Source: a virus
Taxonomy: Duplodnaviria; Heunggongvirae; Uroviricota; Caudoviricetes
Virus record (IMG/VR): IMGVR_UViG_3300031521_000016
Coordinates: 35,895 to 99,894 of that record
DNA: 64,000 nt
Direction: 5' to 3' (one strand)
The position numbers and the translations under genes were made by a program. The notes beneath the pieces are model-generated. The model was not told the origin of the DNA. It was given only the letters and a program-made list of their open reading frames with translations, and did no database searches. Positions 35,032-43,988 of this stretch are shown here, piece after piece (the first letter of the stretch is position 1; each line of letters begins with the position of its first letter).

Positions 35032-35917
35032 TGTATATCATTTCTGCATTACTATATGCTGCGGTAATATCAGCTTTCATTTCAGAAATAATAGATTCTA
35101 CTTTATATACATGAATATCATCTTCTAAATCAAGTGACATAGCAAGAATAAATTTGTTATTGCCATTGTATTCAGATCGCATGTTATTTATATGCTTAAC
35201 ATCTGGATACGATTTAATGATCTGTTTTATATGCATTCTCATTTCCCTTGATATGCTTTCACCAATCATTAATTTTCTAAATTCGTTACTCAAAAAATAT
35301 GAGGATGATAATAAAAGTAATCCAACAGTGATCGATCCAATTGCATCAAATACGGGAGATATGCATATAGCTAATGTAGTAGAAAGTAGTACAATAACTA
35401 ATCCTGTAAGGGCAGCAAAATCTTCAATTATGATAACGAATATATTAGCATCAGTTGAATTTTTAAGATGATTTAGCCAACTAACTTTTCTATGCTTATC
35501 CATTTTGAATCGTTTGAATGCAACATAGAATGAATTTGCCTCAATGATGATCGATATAATTAGAACGATAAAAATCCACATCATATTTGAAAGGCCCTCT
35601 GGTTCTATTATCTTATGAATGCCTTCATATACTGAATATAAACCACCAACAAAGAATAGTAAAACTCCTACTAACAGTCCATAAAAATATTCCTCTTTGC
35701 CATAACCAAATGCATGTTGTTCATCAGGTTCTTTTTTAGAACGTTTAGAGCCCACGATTAAAAGAATTTGGTTTGCAGTGTCAGCAAAAGAGTGAATAGA
35801 TTCAGCGAACATTCCAGCACTTCCAGTAATGAATGATACTATCAACTTAATTGCACTTATTATGAGATTTCCTACTCCTGCTACAATTACTGCCTTTAAA
35901 CTTCCTTCTGTACTCAT
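35009..35917 (-). CDS. cation diffusion facilitator (CDF) family metal efflux transporter
   Basis: Six predicted TM helices, the CDF signature SIHSFADTANQ in TM2, and a C-terminal cytoplasmic domain. Confidence 0.75.
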   Translation of the reverse strand: MSTEGSLKAVIVAGVGNLIISAIKLIVSFITGSAGMFAESIHSFADTANQILLIVGSKRSKKEPDEQHAFGYGKEEYFYGLLVGVLLFFVGGLYSVYEGIHKIIEPEGLSNMMWIFIVLIISIIIEANSFYVAFKRFKMDKHRKVSWLNHLKNSTDANIFVIIIEDFAALTGLVIVLLSTTLAICISPVFDAIGSITVGLLLLSSSYFLSNEFRKLMIGESISREMRMHIKQIIKSYPDVKHINNMRSEYNGNNKFILAMSLDLEDDIHVYKVESIISEMKADITAAYSNAEMIYIETSHSH

Positions 35918-36420
35918 TCAGCCTCCATTATTCGTTCAAGATATTCCCATGCTTTTAATACGTCGATCGGATGTTCTGTGCATTGAATAGCATTTCTGAA
36001 TTCTGCATATTCATTTTTGTACATTAAGAACTTATCTTTGTTGTATTCTTTACTTTGAATAGTATTTGCAATTCTATCACATATTTTGACAGCTGTTGCT
36101 TTCCAGTTTCCACGAATTTTAGGATAAGTCTTGGCATGTTTTTCTGTCCGGTTTCTTCCTAATTCATCAGTTACACAGAATACTATTTCTGCGATATTTT
36201 TACCGAATGCTTTCTTAATATCATTGAACGATAAATGAGTATCTTCCAATACATCATGTAAAATACATCCAATAACAATTTCTTCATCAAATCCCAAAAT
36301 CTCAGCGATTTCAGCTACACGCTTTACATGATATGCATATGGGTAGATATCGTAAGTCTGGCCTTTATGAACCAACTCAGCTACCATCAAAGCTCTATCC
36401 TTTTTTGTTATCGTTATCAT
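35914..36420 (-). CDS. HD-domain small alarmone hydrolase (SpoT/Mesh1-like (p)ppGpp hydrolase)
   Basis: H...HDVLEDT...FG..IAEIVFCVTDE matches the RelA/SpoT HD hydrolase motifs; 168 aa, single domain. Confidence 0.7.
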   Translation of the reverse strand: MITITKKDRALMVAELVHKGQTYDIYPYAYHVKRVAEIAEILGFDEEIVIGCILHDVLEDTHLSFNDIKKAFGKNIAEIVFCVTDELGRNRTEKHAKTYPKIRGNWKATAVKICDRIANTIQSKEYNKDKFLMYKNEYAEFRNAIQCTEHPIDVLKAWEYLERIMEAE

Positions 36421-36577
36421 TTATTTTTAATTTTGTTTCTTTTTCTATTCTTTTACGTTCTTTCTTGCCAGCTTTATATGCATCATATAGAATCGATGGC
36501 CGTCTAACGTACTTTGGACAGGTTTTACCTTCAAGACCACGTTTAAATACTACTCCTTGAATCTGTAAATATGGCAT
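36395..36577 (-). CDS. hypothetical small basic protein
   Basis: 60-aa track ORF overlapping the HD gene's start region. Confidence 0.3.
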   Translation of the reverse strand: MPYLQIQGVVFKRGLEGKTCPKYVRRPSILYDAYKAGKKERKRIEKETKLKINDNDNKKG

Positions 36578-36579
36578 AA

Positions 36580-36888
36580 TTATTCAATTTTCCTTATGAT
36601 TTTTCCACTTTCAAGTGGTTCTACCGCCCCATCAGTGGATTGTGTAGTACTGGCAATTTTTACAAGTGTTATTGTCGTGACGTAATGATTATCTTGAAGT
36701 TTTTCTGCGAATACTTTAGCAGTACACTTTAAACGTACTTCTTTTGCATTAGACATCCATAAAGTTATATACGGTTCTTGTTTTTCATCTGCATTTTGTT
36801 GAATGAGACATATTTTGTCTGCTGGTATAATTACAGGATTGCCGTACCAGTCATTAACTACGATAAAATTTTGTTCTACACTACTCAT
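36580..36888 (-). CDS. hypothetical protein
   Basis: Track ORF. Confidence 0.45.
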   Translation of the reverse strand: MSSVEQNFIVVNDWYGNPVIIPADKICLIQQNADEKQEPYITLWMSNAKEVRLKCTAKVFAEKLQDNHYVTTITLVKIASTTQSTDGAVEPLESGKIIRKIE

Positions 36889-37129
36889 TGTTTTTTCTTT
36901 TCAATTCTTTATTTCGCAGAAACTCTTCATCTGAAATGAAATTCAACATGAAAGTTTGCGGAATACGTAATGTAACCTCAGTTCTGGTCATACTTGGAGC
37001 TTTGAACTCCTGAATTGTAGAAGTTATACCCATCCAAATAACTGGAATAGATAAAACAATTTGTACGATCAAAATAATCGAGGTTCGACGAGTTGAACGA
37101 TAATCTAAGAAATCGCTTTTCTTTCTCAT
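36881..37129 (-). CDS. small membrane protein
   Basis: One TM helix. Confidence 0.4.
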   Translation of the reverse strand: MRKKSDFLDYRSTRRTSIILIVQIVLSIPVIWMGITSTIQEFKAPSMTRTEVTLRIPQTFMLNFISDEEFLRNKELKRKNNE

Positions 37130-37130
37130 T

Positions 37131-37895
37131 TTATTTTTTATTTGTTGGTTCTAACCAAGTTCCATCTCTAAATATTAGATCAAGAAAGCCCGGAATATAT
37201 GTTGATTCTACTAAATTCAACAGTTTTAAAGTTTTGACTGTATCATGTTTCATCATCTTCTTAACTTCTTCTCTTATACGTTCATTACTCACAGTCTTTC
37301 CAAGTTTTTCGAGGATAGCAGGTTGCTTCATAGCTTCCCAAATATCTACGTGGATATCGAAGTTTTTTGTGATAGAAAAACGCATAGCTCGCAAGATACG
37401 TAATGGATCGTCCATCATAGTAATCTTTGGATCGATAGGGGTAATCAAAATACGATTACTTAATGCAAGCTTGCCATTGAATAAGTCGATAATTTTGCCC
37501 TCTTCATCTTCTGCCATTGCATTGACAGTAAAATCTCTTCGTTCTAAGTCATCAGCTAAAGTACCCAGTGCTAAGATAGGAGTTCTTGTATCGGGTATGT
37601 AACCGAGCTCTTTTCGTGCTAATACAAAATCAGCAACTAATCCGTCATAAATATGACCATGTGGAAATTTAGCGCGAATAGTAAACATTTCTGGAGTAGA
37701 AAGAAAGATACTATATTTGCGTTCTTTCATCCATTCATACATGACGTTGAAACCTTCAGTGACAGTTAATTCACTGCATAAGCCAGGAACTATACGTTCT
37801 TGTTCATTTAGTACAAAAGTGAAATCGACATCTTTGTTTTCGATACCTAATAGAGCATCTCTTACTACTCCTCCTACTTTATAAATTTTTGGCAT
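37131..37895 (-). CDS. class-II tRNA nucleotidyltransferase head/neck domain (minimal CCA- or A-adding enzyme / poly(A) polymerase family)
   Basis: GGVVRDALLG...DVDF, ERRDFTVNAMA and DDPLRILRAMRF are the canonical PolyA_pol head-domain motifs; only 254 aa. Confidence 0.8.
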   Translation of the reverse strand: MPKIYKVGGVVRDALLGIENKDVDFTFVLNEQERIVPGLCSELTVTEGFNVMYEWMKERKYSIFLSTPEMFTIRAKFPHGHIYDGLVADFVLARKELGYIPDTRTPILALGTLADDLERRDFTVNAMAEDEEGKIIDLFNGKLALSNRILITPIDPKITMMDDPLRILRAMRFSITKNFDIHVDIWEAMKQPAILEKLGKTVSNERIREEVKKMMKHDTVKTLKLLNLVESTYIPGFLDLIFRDGTWLEPTNKK

Positions 37896-38109
37896 ATTGT
37901 ATGTTTAATTCGTATCTTTTTATTGAGGTAGTAATTGATGGAATAACTTGACCATTAGTTATGAGGCTTAATCTATCAATAAGTTCCCTATCATTATAAT
38001 GTTCAGAATTTCGTATAATCTTTGAAAAATTCTGATTAAAACGTAATCTATAAGGTACTTTACTTCCCCCTCGATAATACTTTACATTATGAAATTTTAT
38101 AAGCTGCAT
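37879..38109 (-). CDS. hypothetical protein
   Basis: Track ORF. Confidence 0.4.
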   Translation of the reverse strand: MQLIKFHNVKYYRGGSKVPYRLRFNQNFSKIIRNSEHYNDRELIDRLSLITNGQVIPSITTSIKRYELNIQYAKNL

Positions 38110-38486
38110 TAATCAATAGCTTGGGCAGTAAATGTTAACGAGGCTGGTCTTACATCATTGAATCCAAGCTGTTTGAGTTGATAAATAATGGCATCTTCCA
38201 TTATGTCATCCTCTTCGATTTTTATGAATACTGCATAATTCGGTTTCTCAGCATAGTTACCGTCTGGAAAATAAACAAACTTGCAGTTTATCAGAAATCT
38301 ATACAGAACGGGATCTTTTACTGCTTCGACTTCAGTGAAAGAATCGATTGTGACAAGATGATGAATTTCATACTTATCGATGAGAACAATAGAATCGAAT
38401 TCTTCAGCATCTTTGTAATAAGTACCTTTGATAGGTCTATTTGTTCTGAATTCTTTTCCGGCGTATAATTTACCTACTTCTAACAT
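38109..38486 (-). CDS. hypothetical protein
   Basis: Track ORF with a promoter-like motif 19 nt upstream. Confidence 0.5.
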   Translation of the reverse strand: MLEVGKLYAGKEFRTNRPIKGTYYKDAEEFDSIVLIDKYEIHHLVTIDSFTEVEAVKDPVLYRFLINCKFVYFPDGNYAEKPNYAVFIKIEEDDIMEDAIIYQLKQLGFNDVRPASLTFTAQAID

Positions 38487-38504
38487 ATATTTGATTTTAT
38501 AGAT

Positions 38505-38514
38505 AAATATAACA
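38505..38514 (-). promoter_or_regulatory. TGTTATATTT motif
   Basis: Between terminator 38544-38578 and the start at 38486. Confidence 0.4.
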
Positions 38515-38543
38515 TATTTTGATGCGAAGAGTAAACCTCGGAA

Positions 38544-38578
38544 ATAAAAAAATGCCTGAATTAAAAAATTCAGGCATT
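38544..38578 (-). terminator. rho-independent terminator (stem AATGCCTGAATT/AATTCAGGCATT plus T7)
   Basis: 12-bp stem followed on the minus strand by TTTTTTT. Confidence 0.65.
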
Positions 38579-38602
38579 TTACATTTTCTTGGCAATATAT
38601 TT

Positions 38603-38866
38603 TTATTTCTTTTTCTTGTCGTAGAGCTTTACGCCTTTGTCCATAATCGAAGTCCAGATTAATGTACGTTCAGATTTCGACAATGTAGTCATCGACATAG
38701 CATTTTTCAATGAAATTTTACGACCGACAGCGTAGCTGTATTGATCACCGTGTACACATTTTGATTGCGATGTAACTTCGCTATCATTGACTATAAGAAT
38801 ACAATTTGTCTTCTTGTCATCGAGTTTATGTTTCCATAAAACTGCAATATTATCAGTAATTTGCAT
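38603..38866 (-). CDS. hypothetical protein
   Basis: Track ORF followed by a strong terminator. Confidence 0.45.
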   Translation of the reverse strand: MQITDNIAVLWKHKLDDKKTNCILIVNDSEVTSQSKCVHGDQYSYAVGRKISLKNAMSMTTLSKSERTLIWTSIMDKGVKLYDKKKK

Positions 38867-38874
38867 ATTAATTA

Positions 38875-39120
38875 TTATTTAGTTGTAGAATCATCGGGTT
38901 CATAGTAAATTGGAGCAGGGGTAGAAATTTCTGGAATCTCAAAATAGCCTATAACAGAACCCGTTAATGTTACAAATGCTAGAGAATAATATGAACCCCT
39001 TTTGGTTTCACCCGAACAAAAAGCTGTAATACCTTTGTAGATGCACTGTATTTCTCCTAGTGTGGCAAGTAATAAAATAAATGCAAAAACTGGTAAAAAT
39101 TTAGAACGTATCTTTATCAT
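38875..39120 (-). CDS. small membrane/secreted protein
   Basis: N-terminal hydrophobic segment. Confidence 0.4.
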   Translation of the reverse strand: MIKIRSKFLPVFAFILLLATLGEIQCIYKGITAFCSGETKRGSYYSLAFVTLTGSVIGYFEIPEISTPAPIYYEPDDSTTK

Positions 39121-39516
39121 AGCTTTAAGAAAAAATAACCGTATTATACCCTATCATCTCTTCGTTAATTTACTAGAGTTTGTAGATAGTCCTAGTACGT
39201 TGCAAATCTCGGTCCATATTTTGGTCGATTATGTATTTCTACATCAACGCTTCTTTATTACTAAAGCTTTAAACTAGGGTCGACTGGTACAATATTTCCG
39301 ACCGATTGGATGGTTAAAGATTATTACTTGTTAAGTCCTTTGCTGTATTTTTCACCCATCTTCACGATATTGAAACATTCAGTATTCGTGATTTGATTTA
39401 ACTTGGCAGTTTTATCGATGTTACTACCGTCTGCTACATACGCATTATACAATGCAATTGCGTGATCTTTGAAAATTGTGTTCATTTGATTATTTTTTTA
39501 AATTGTTTTTATAATC

Positions 39517-39526
39517 TAATATAACA
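39517..39526 (-). promoter_or_regulatory. TGTTATATTA motif
   Basis: 32 nt upstream of a 53-aa ORF (39324-39485) that is not in the track. Confidence 0.3.
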
Positions 39527-39546
39527 TAATGAACACGCATAGAAAA

Positions 39547-39987
39547 TTACGCTTTGATAATTTTGTGTTTTTCTAGGTCAATTTGGCCTATCTTCGTAAC
39601 ATCTTGAATGTACCAGTTTAGAATTCTATGACTGTTAGTAGCTTCTTCACAGTCATTCTCATCTATGAAAATTTCATATACTGTATCATGAACAAGAATA
39701 TATTGAGAATAAGAATCGAGGTTATCCCATGAGTCAAACTCGAACATATCTCTTATGTAATCTTCAAGAAATGCCGTCAATGAATGTTCTATAGTCTCAC
39801 CGGACACTTCTTCAAATTCGTCCATGAATGTATCAGAATAGTCGAATACTTTTATCTTCCTAGCTTTCTTAGGTGCAGATTTAAGGATTGCCATGAAATC
39901 GATAACGGCTTTGTCTGTAGATTTCCCTTCAGGTAAAGTTCTACCATATTCAATAGCATCGAATATGATTTGATTTGTTAGTGTCAT
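39547..39987 (-). CDS. hypothetical protein
   Basis: Track ORF. Confidence 0.5.
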   Translation of the reverse strand: MTLTNQIIFDAIEYGRTLPEGKSTDKAVIDFMAILKSAPKKARKIKVFDYSDTFMDEFEEVSGETIEHSLTAFLEDYIRDMFEFDSWDNLDSYSQYILVHDTVYEIFIDENDCEEATNSHRILNWYIQDVTKIGQIDLEKHKIIKA

Positions 39988-40487
39988 AAAATTATATCGT
40001 AATCAAATTGTGAATACTTATCTAAAATATCTATATTAGTGTTAACAGGAACTGGAGCAGTTAAGCCCGTGTTTTCTTTTTCTACAAATGACGCAAAATT
40101 CATACTATTTACGATAAGTCGTTTATCTGGCATCATGTATTTGCAATACTCAGTTTGCCAATTCTTACGGACAACTTGTCCCAAAGTCGATGTATCTAAT
40201 ACTAGATGATCTGGTGTAGAATCTGCTATGAACCAAACATTTTTCTTTCCATTTTTCTTACGCCAATAATTGATAGTATCATACTGTCCCTTACCGGTAT
40301 AGAAATCACGTCCTTCTATTTTTGGAGGCAATACAAATAACATGTCGCATTCATACATCGGTTCAGGAGAATATTCTCCACCTACATACTCTACTAATTC
40401 ACATCCAAACTTATTCTTTATGATGGATCTAGTACGTAGCAACTGATCATAATCACAGTTATTGCTTTTAGATAAATAAATTTTCAT
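39984..40487 (-). CDS. hypothetical protein
   Basis: Track ORF. An MKIYL start loosely recalls nucleoside 2-deoxyribosyltransferase-like folds, but this is unsupported. Confidence 0.45.
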   Translation of the reverse strand: MKIYLSKSNNCDYDQLLRTRSIIKNKFGCELVEYVGGEYSPEPMYECDMLFVLPPKIEGRDFYTGKGQYDTINYWRKKNGKKNVWFIADSTPDHLVLDTSTLGQVVRKNWQTEYCKYMMPDKRLIVNSMNFASFVEKENTGLTAPVPVNTNIDILDKYSQFDYDIIL

Positions 40488-40489
40488 TT

Positions 40490-40927
40490 TTACACTAATT
40501 TTGAAAAATCTTTTAGCTCATTTCTAACTTTCATCAGGATTTTACCAAGCATATTTTTACCTACACCTTCGCATACTCCCCAATATTTATCTCCCCACCA
40601 ATTACCTTCAATAAGCATTGCATCACCGGTAGCAATTAATTTCTTTGTAAGTTCGGCACTTTGTGAAAATTTAGCCATTACGACTTCTTCCATAATGCTA
40701 TCTTTAACTAAATCCCAATCGGAACGTAGATTTACAGATCTGCCAAGTTTTTTACTCTCGCTTGGATTAAGCGATACGAATGATTCTCTAGCAACTGAAT
40801 CATTCGTTTTCATAGAATGAAATGCGCCTTCTGAGTTGGCATACGTTCTTCCGTCATAAGTAACTGGTGATTCCCAGAAGTTACTGAGGAATGCGTATTC
40901 CCCTTTGAAAAAGTCAATAGTTTTCAT
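40490..40927 (-). CDS. NADAR (YbiA-like) ADP-ribosyl hydrolase domain protein
   Basis: FLSNFW, E at SEGAFHSMK, MEEVVMAKFSQ...LTKKLIATGDAMLIEGNWWGDKYWG and NMLGKILMKVR match the NADAR signature. Confidence 0.75.
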   Translation of the reverse strand: MKTIDFFKGEYAFLSNFWESPVTYDGRTYANSEGAFHSMKTNDSVARESFVSLNPSESKKLGRSVNLRSDWDLVKDSIMEEVVMAKFSQSAELTKKLIATGDAMLIEGNWWGDKYWGVCEGVGKNMLGKILMKVRNELKDFSKLV

Positions 40928-41606
40928 CGTTTGTATATTTTGAACATTTTTTAGTTTCTTTTGTTATAAGCTGAATATTTGTCGTTATTCCGCTAGGCTT
41001 TGTAAATGGTCTTGATCGTAAATCTACCCATCCTTCTGCTATTTCATACGCAGATTCTACAATTTCATGTGAACAGTCATACTTAACGTATGAACAGCAA
41101 CCTACATAGCCATTATTTTGTAAAGCTATCGACCATGTTTTACGTGAATTTTTACATGTGTAACAGATGCTAGGATATTTAGCTGATACAGTTTCCTCAT
41201 CTAATTCAGGATCGTTTTCGCTAGCTTGTGCCAACTCTTTATCGTCTACTTTGTCTTCATCTTCTGTAACATCACAGTTTTTATTGTCAATGCATGATTC
41301 TTCCTCGTAATTTTCCAATTCTAAATCATGCATGAGAATTTTATCGACATAATCTTCATACAAGAGCATGTTGCATTTTAAATATTGCGCTGCTACAGCC
41401 GAATTATGTTTTTTCAGTTCATCAAATGATAGTCCTAATGTATTTTTGCTACAATCTGTATCAATTGAATATTCTAATCCTTTTGACCAGTTTACTAAAA
41501 AATATACATTATTGTTCTCGCCGAATTTATCAGCCTGCATAGCTATAAATGCATCAGTTACACTTTTTATGTAACTTTCATATTTTAATCTGGTATCCGT
41601 GTTCAT
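40914..41606 (-). CDS. hypothetical acidic protein with Cys-rich C-terminus
   Basis: Track ORF. Confidence 0.45.
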   Translation of the reverse strand: MNTDTRLKYESYIKSVTDAFIAMQADKFGENNNVYFLVNWSKGLEYSIDTDCSKNTLGLSFDELKKHNSAVAAQYLKCNMLLYEDYVDKILMHDLELENYEEESCIDNKNCDVTEDEDKVDDKELAQASENDPELDEETVSAKYPSICYTCKNSRKTWSIALQNNGYVGCCSYVKYDCSHEIVESAYEIAEGWVDLRSRPFTKPSGITTNIQLITKETKKCSKYTNDENY

Positions 41607-41607
41607 A

Positions 41608-41919
41608 TCAGTTAAGTTGAAAAAGCCACTCTGCGTAATTACCCCAATGAAATCTATCTTTCGGACAATCTTTTTGAAATTGATCTAAGTCACATTTAGC
41701 AATTAAATTTAATGCATCCTCTAATGCATTTTCATAAGTAGTGAAACTTCCAGATTCTTTACAATCACCTCTAAAGTCTGACCATCCTAAATCAGTGCCA
41801 CTATCTACTTTCATTATTTGCCAAAGAAACCCTGAAGCATTGGTGTAAATGCTTATTAAAATATTCTTTTCTAACATTTGGGTTTTATGCCGTTTTGTCA
41901 ATTCAATTAGTCTTTCCAT
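41608..41919 (-). CDS. hypothetical protein (start trimmed to avoid an 80-nt overlap)
   Basis: Internal ATG at 41919 (MERLIELTK). Confidence 0.4.
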   Translation of the reverse strand: MERLIELTKRHKTQMLEKNILISIYTNASGFLWQIMKVDSGTDLGWSDFRGDCKESGSFTTYENALEDALNLIAKCDLDQFQKDCPKDRFHWGNYAEWLFQLN

Positions 41920-41926
41920 GAAAAAT

Positions 41927-42385
41927 CTATTTACAGATCTTGTCTGCACAATATGTAGCAGCAAAACCGTCAGGTTTAAAACGAGGTTTATATCCCATTG
42001 ATTCAATATATCCTAAAGATGCACGTAATACTGCATTGGATTTATATTTCGGATCAGGATTAAAGTCAATATCGATAAACTCAGGTTTTTGAATTCCAGA
42101 ATTTCTCAAGTACTCAGAAATTTCAATTGAGATTTCTACTTCTTTCCACAATCTTGAAAATGAATCATATACACGTTTTGTCAATTCCTTTGAATAAAGA
42201 ACGTGAGCACCGTGATTTCCGTAATGTAGAACAATTACTACTGCATATAATGTAGAAGCTCCTCTGCTCTGCGAATCTGTACCTACGTAGATTTTTATAT
42301 CTTCGTGGTCAATAAATTGCTGTTGCAAGTATGGTATTAAGTCGACTTCTTTTTTTGTAGTCAAACTTTTAAATTTTCTTTCCAT
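41927..42385 (-). CDS. hypothetical protein
   Basis: Track ORF adjacent to the nucleotidyltransferase gene. Confidence 0.45.
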   Translation of the reverse strand: MERKFKSLTTKKEVDLIPYLQQQFIDHEDIKIYVGTDSQSRGASTLYAVVIVLHYGNHGAHVLYSKELTKRVYDSFSRLWKEVEISIEISEYLRNSGIQKPEFIDIDFNPDPKYKSNAVLRASLGYIESMGYKPRFKPDGFAATYCADKICK

Positions 42386-42394
42386 AATGAATTA

Positions 42395-43588
42395 TTATCT
42401 TGATGCACTAGGCCTGGGAATCCTTCCCTTTTCTACTTCAGGTCTATTACTTATTCTACTTTTTTTGACATGCCTAATTTGATCATTACAATTTTTCCAT
42501 CTCATGGATATGAGTAAATTGTTGATATAGTCACGATCTGGAGATTCTTGCATGTCGGATTTGTCAAATGCTTCATTTACTTGTTTCATCAAGTCTTCAG
42601 CTTCATTAACTAAATCTTCATATTCATATTCTCCTTTTCTGATAGCTAACAATTTATCTCTATTTGTGCGTCTTACATTTATTCCTTTGCCTTGCGCAAT
42701 CTCTAATGACATTTCAAGCAAACGTAAAGTATGTGCTAAATTTTTACCGTCATATCCTTTTCCGTGCAACATGTTATCATTGAAACGGTGAACATTCCTT
42801 TTGGCAACCCATTCCCAGTATTCTTTATATTCTTTGCAGTATACAGAATAACCTTCCATGTTAAATTGCATTAAGAAATCTGGTTTTATACCACTTGGAA
42901 TATTACTAAGACTTACATCCATCGCAGTTTCTTCGTCTGAAACAATACCTCTATAGTAATCAGATATGAGAATGCCTTGTTCTCTAGCAAGAAATTGATT
43001 ACGATTATAGTATACACCGTATGTGTTTTTCATATGAGGTAGTGCAACTAATCCACAACAATCTTGTACCATGTCGTTCATTCGTAAGTACTCTTTAACG
43101 TTAATAGAGCCTTGCTTCCATTGAACGAAACAGAATTCTAAAATGCTTTTGCGTTTTTCATCGAACTGTTTAACAATCTTTTTGTTCAATCCTCTAGCTT
43201 TCTTTATTTGTTGAGTAGCATACCCACCAAATGAATTTTTACAGAGCTTAGAGATAAATTTATCTCTATTTTCGAGGATCATATCGAATATTGGTGCTTT
43301 ATAAATTACACAATCTTCAGGTGTATTCAAAAGCTCTATGATATTAGGATTGTTAGTGTATATTAATTCCAAAAATTTTCCTAATTCGTAGAATGTGATA
43401 TCGTTCATTTCATCAGATACTTGATCGTCATATTCTAATCCAAGAATTTTATCGATAGGTTGCATGAATACACCACGTATGTCTGTATCAGAAGTTTCTG
43501 TTGCAGTACCATATGCGTGTGAACCAGCGATAACTTCATAAATTATCAGTCCATTATCTCGTAAATCTTGTAAAGTTAATTTCTTCAT
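42395..43588 (-). CDS. Pol-beta-superfamily nucleotidyltransferase (RlaP/PF10127-like; CD-NTase/OAS-like not excluded)
   Basis: GSHAYGTATETSDTDIRGV is the G[S]-x9-DxD nucleotidyltransferase motif followed by RGV, as in RNA-repair-associated predicted nucleotidyltransferases; 397 aa. Confidence 0.6.
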   Translation of the reverse strand: MKKLTLQDLRDNGLIIYEVIAGSHAYGTATETSDTDIRGVFMQPIDKILGLEYDDQVSDEMNDITFYELGKFLELIYTNNPNIIELLNTPEDCVIYKAPIFDMILENRDKFISKLCKNSFGGYATQQIKKARGLNKKIVKQFDEKRKSILEFCFVQWKQGSINVKEYLRMNDMVQDCCGLVALPHMKNTYGVYYNRNQFLAREQGILISDYYRGIVSDEETAMDVSLSNIPSGIKPDFLMQFNMEGYSVYCKEYKEYWEWVAKRNVHRFNDNMLHGKGYDGKNLAHTLRLLEMSLEIAQGKGINVRRTNRDKLLAIRKGEYEYEDLVNEAEDLMKQVNEAFDKSDMQESPDRDYINNLLISMRWKNCNDQIRHVKKSRISNRPEVEKGRIPRPSASR

Positions 43589-43884
43589 TTGAAGTTCTTT
43601 ATTGTATTAAATTCTGAAATAAAATCTTGATAATTAATTTCAGTATATTGATGTTCATTGAAATATTGTATGTCATTGCTAAATGACATTTGCATATCTG
43701 CTACAAAAATAAACGGTCCTAAAACTGGCTTTATTCTTCGTGTATCTACATGGGTATGCAATATTGAAGTATCAGCAAAAGAACTCCAATTGAAGCCATG
43801 CTCTAACATGATAGCTTGAAATAATCTTCCTTCGCCAGTGTTAGCTAGTCGTATTCTAAAGGTTGTAGTTTTATCGAGTTGCAT
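43585..43884 (-). CDS. hypothetical protein
   Basis: Track ORF. Confidence 0.45.
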   Translation of the reverse strand: MQLDKTTTFRIRLANTGEGRLFQAIMLEHGFNWSSFADTSILHTHVDTRRIKPVLGPFIFVADMQMSFSNDIQYFNEHQYTEINYQDFISEFNTIKNFK

Positions 43885-43908
43885 CTTATGCTATTATTGA
43901 TTATTTTA

Positions 43909-43918
43909 AAATATAACA
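43909..43918 (-). promoter_or_regulatory. TGTTATATTT motif
   Basis: Between hairpin 43931-43964 and the start at 43884. Confidence 0.4.
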
Positions 43919-43930
43919 AAATAAGTACAT

Positions 43931-43964
43931 ATAGAAAAGGAGGCATTTTACGTAAAATGCCTCC
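43931..43964 (-). terminator. hairpin (stem GGAGGCATTTTA/TAAAATGCCTCC) with T-runs on both sides
   Basis: Perfect 12-bp stem located 25 nt after the stop of 43989-44435. Confidence 0.55.
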
Positions 43965-43988
43965 TTTTTTCTTCAAATTAAGTGTGTC

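Noticed and set aside
39121-39323. Possible tRNA gene in the about 200-nt gap upstream of 38875-39120
   Set aside because: Neither strand gave a T-loop (GTTCRANYC) with flanking 5-bp stem or acceptor-stem pairing. No confident tRNA could be identified by eye anywhere in the window. A tRNAscan-type search would be needed.
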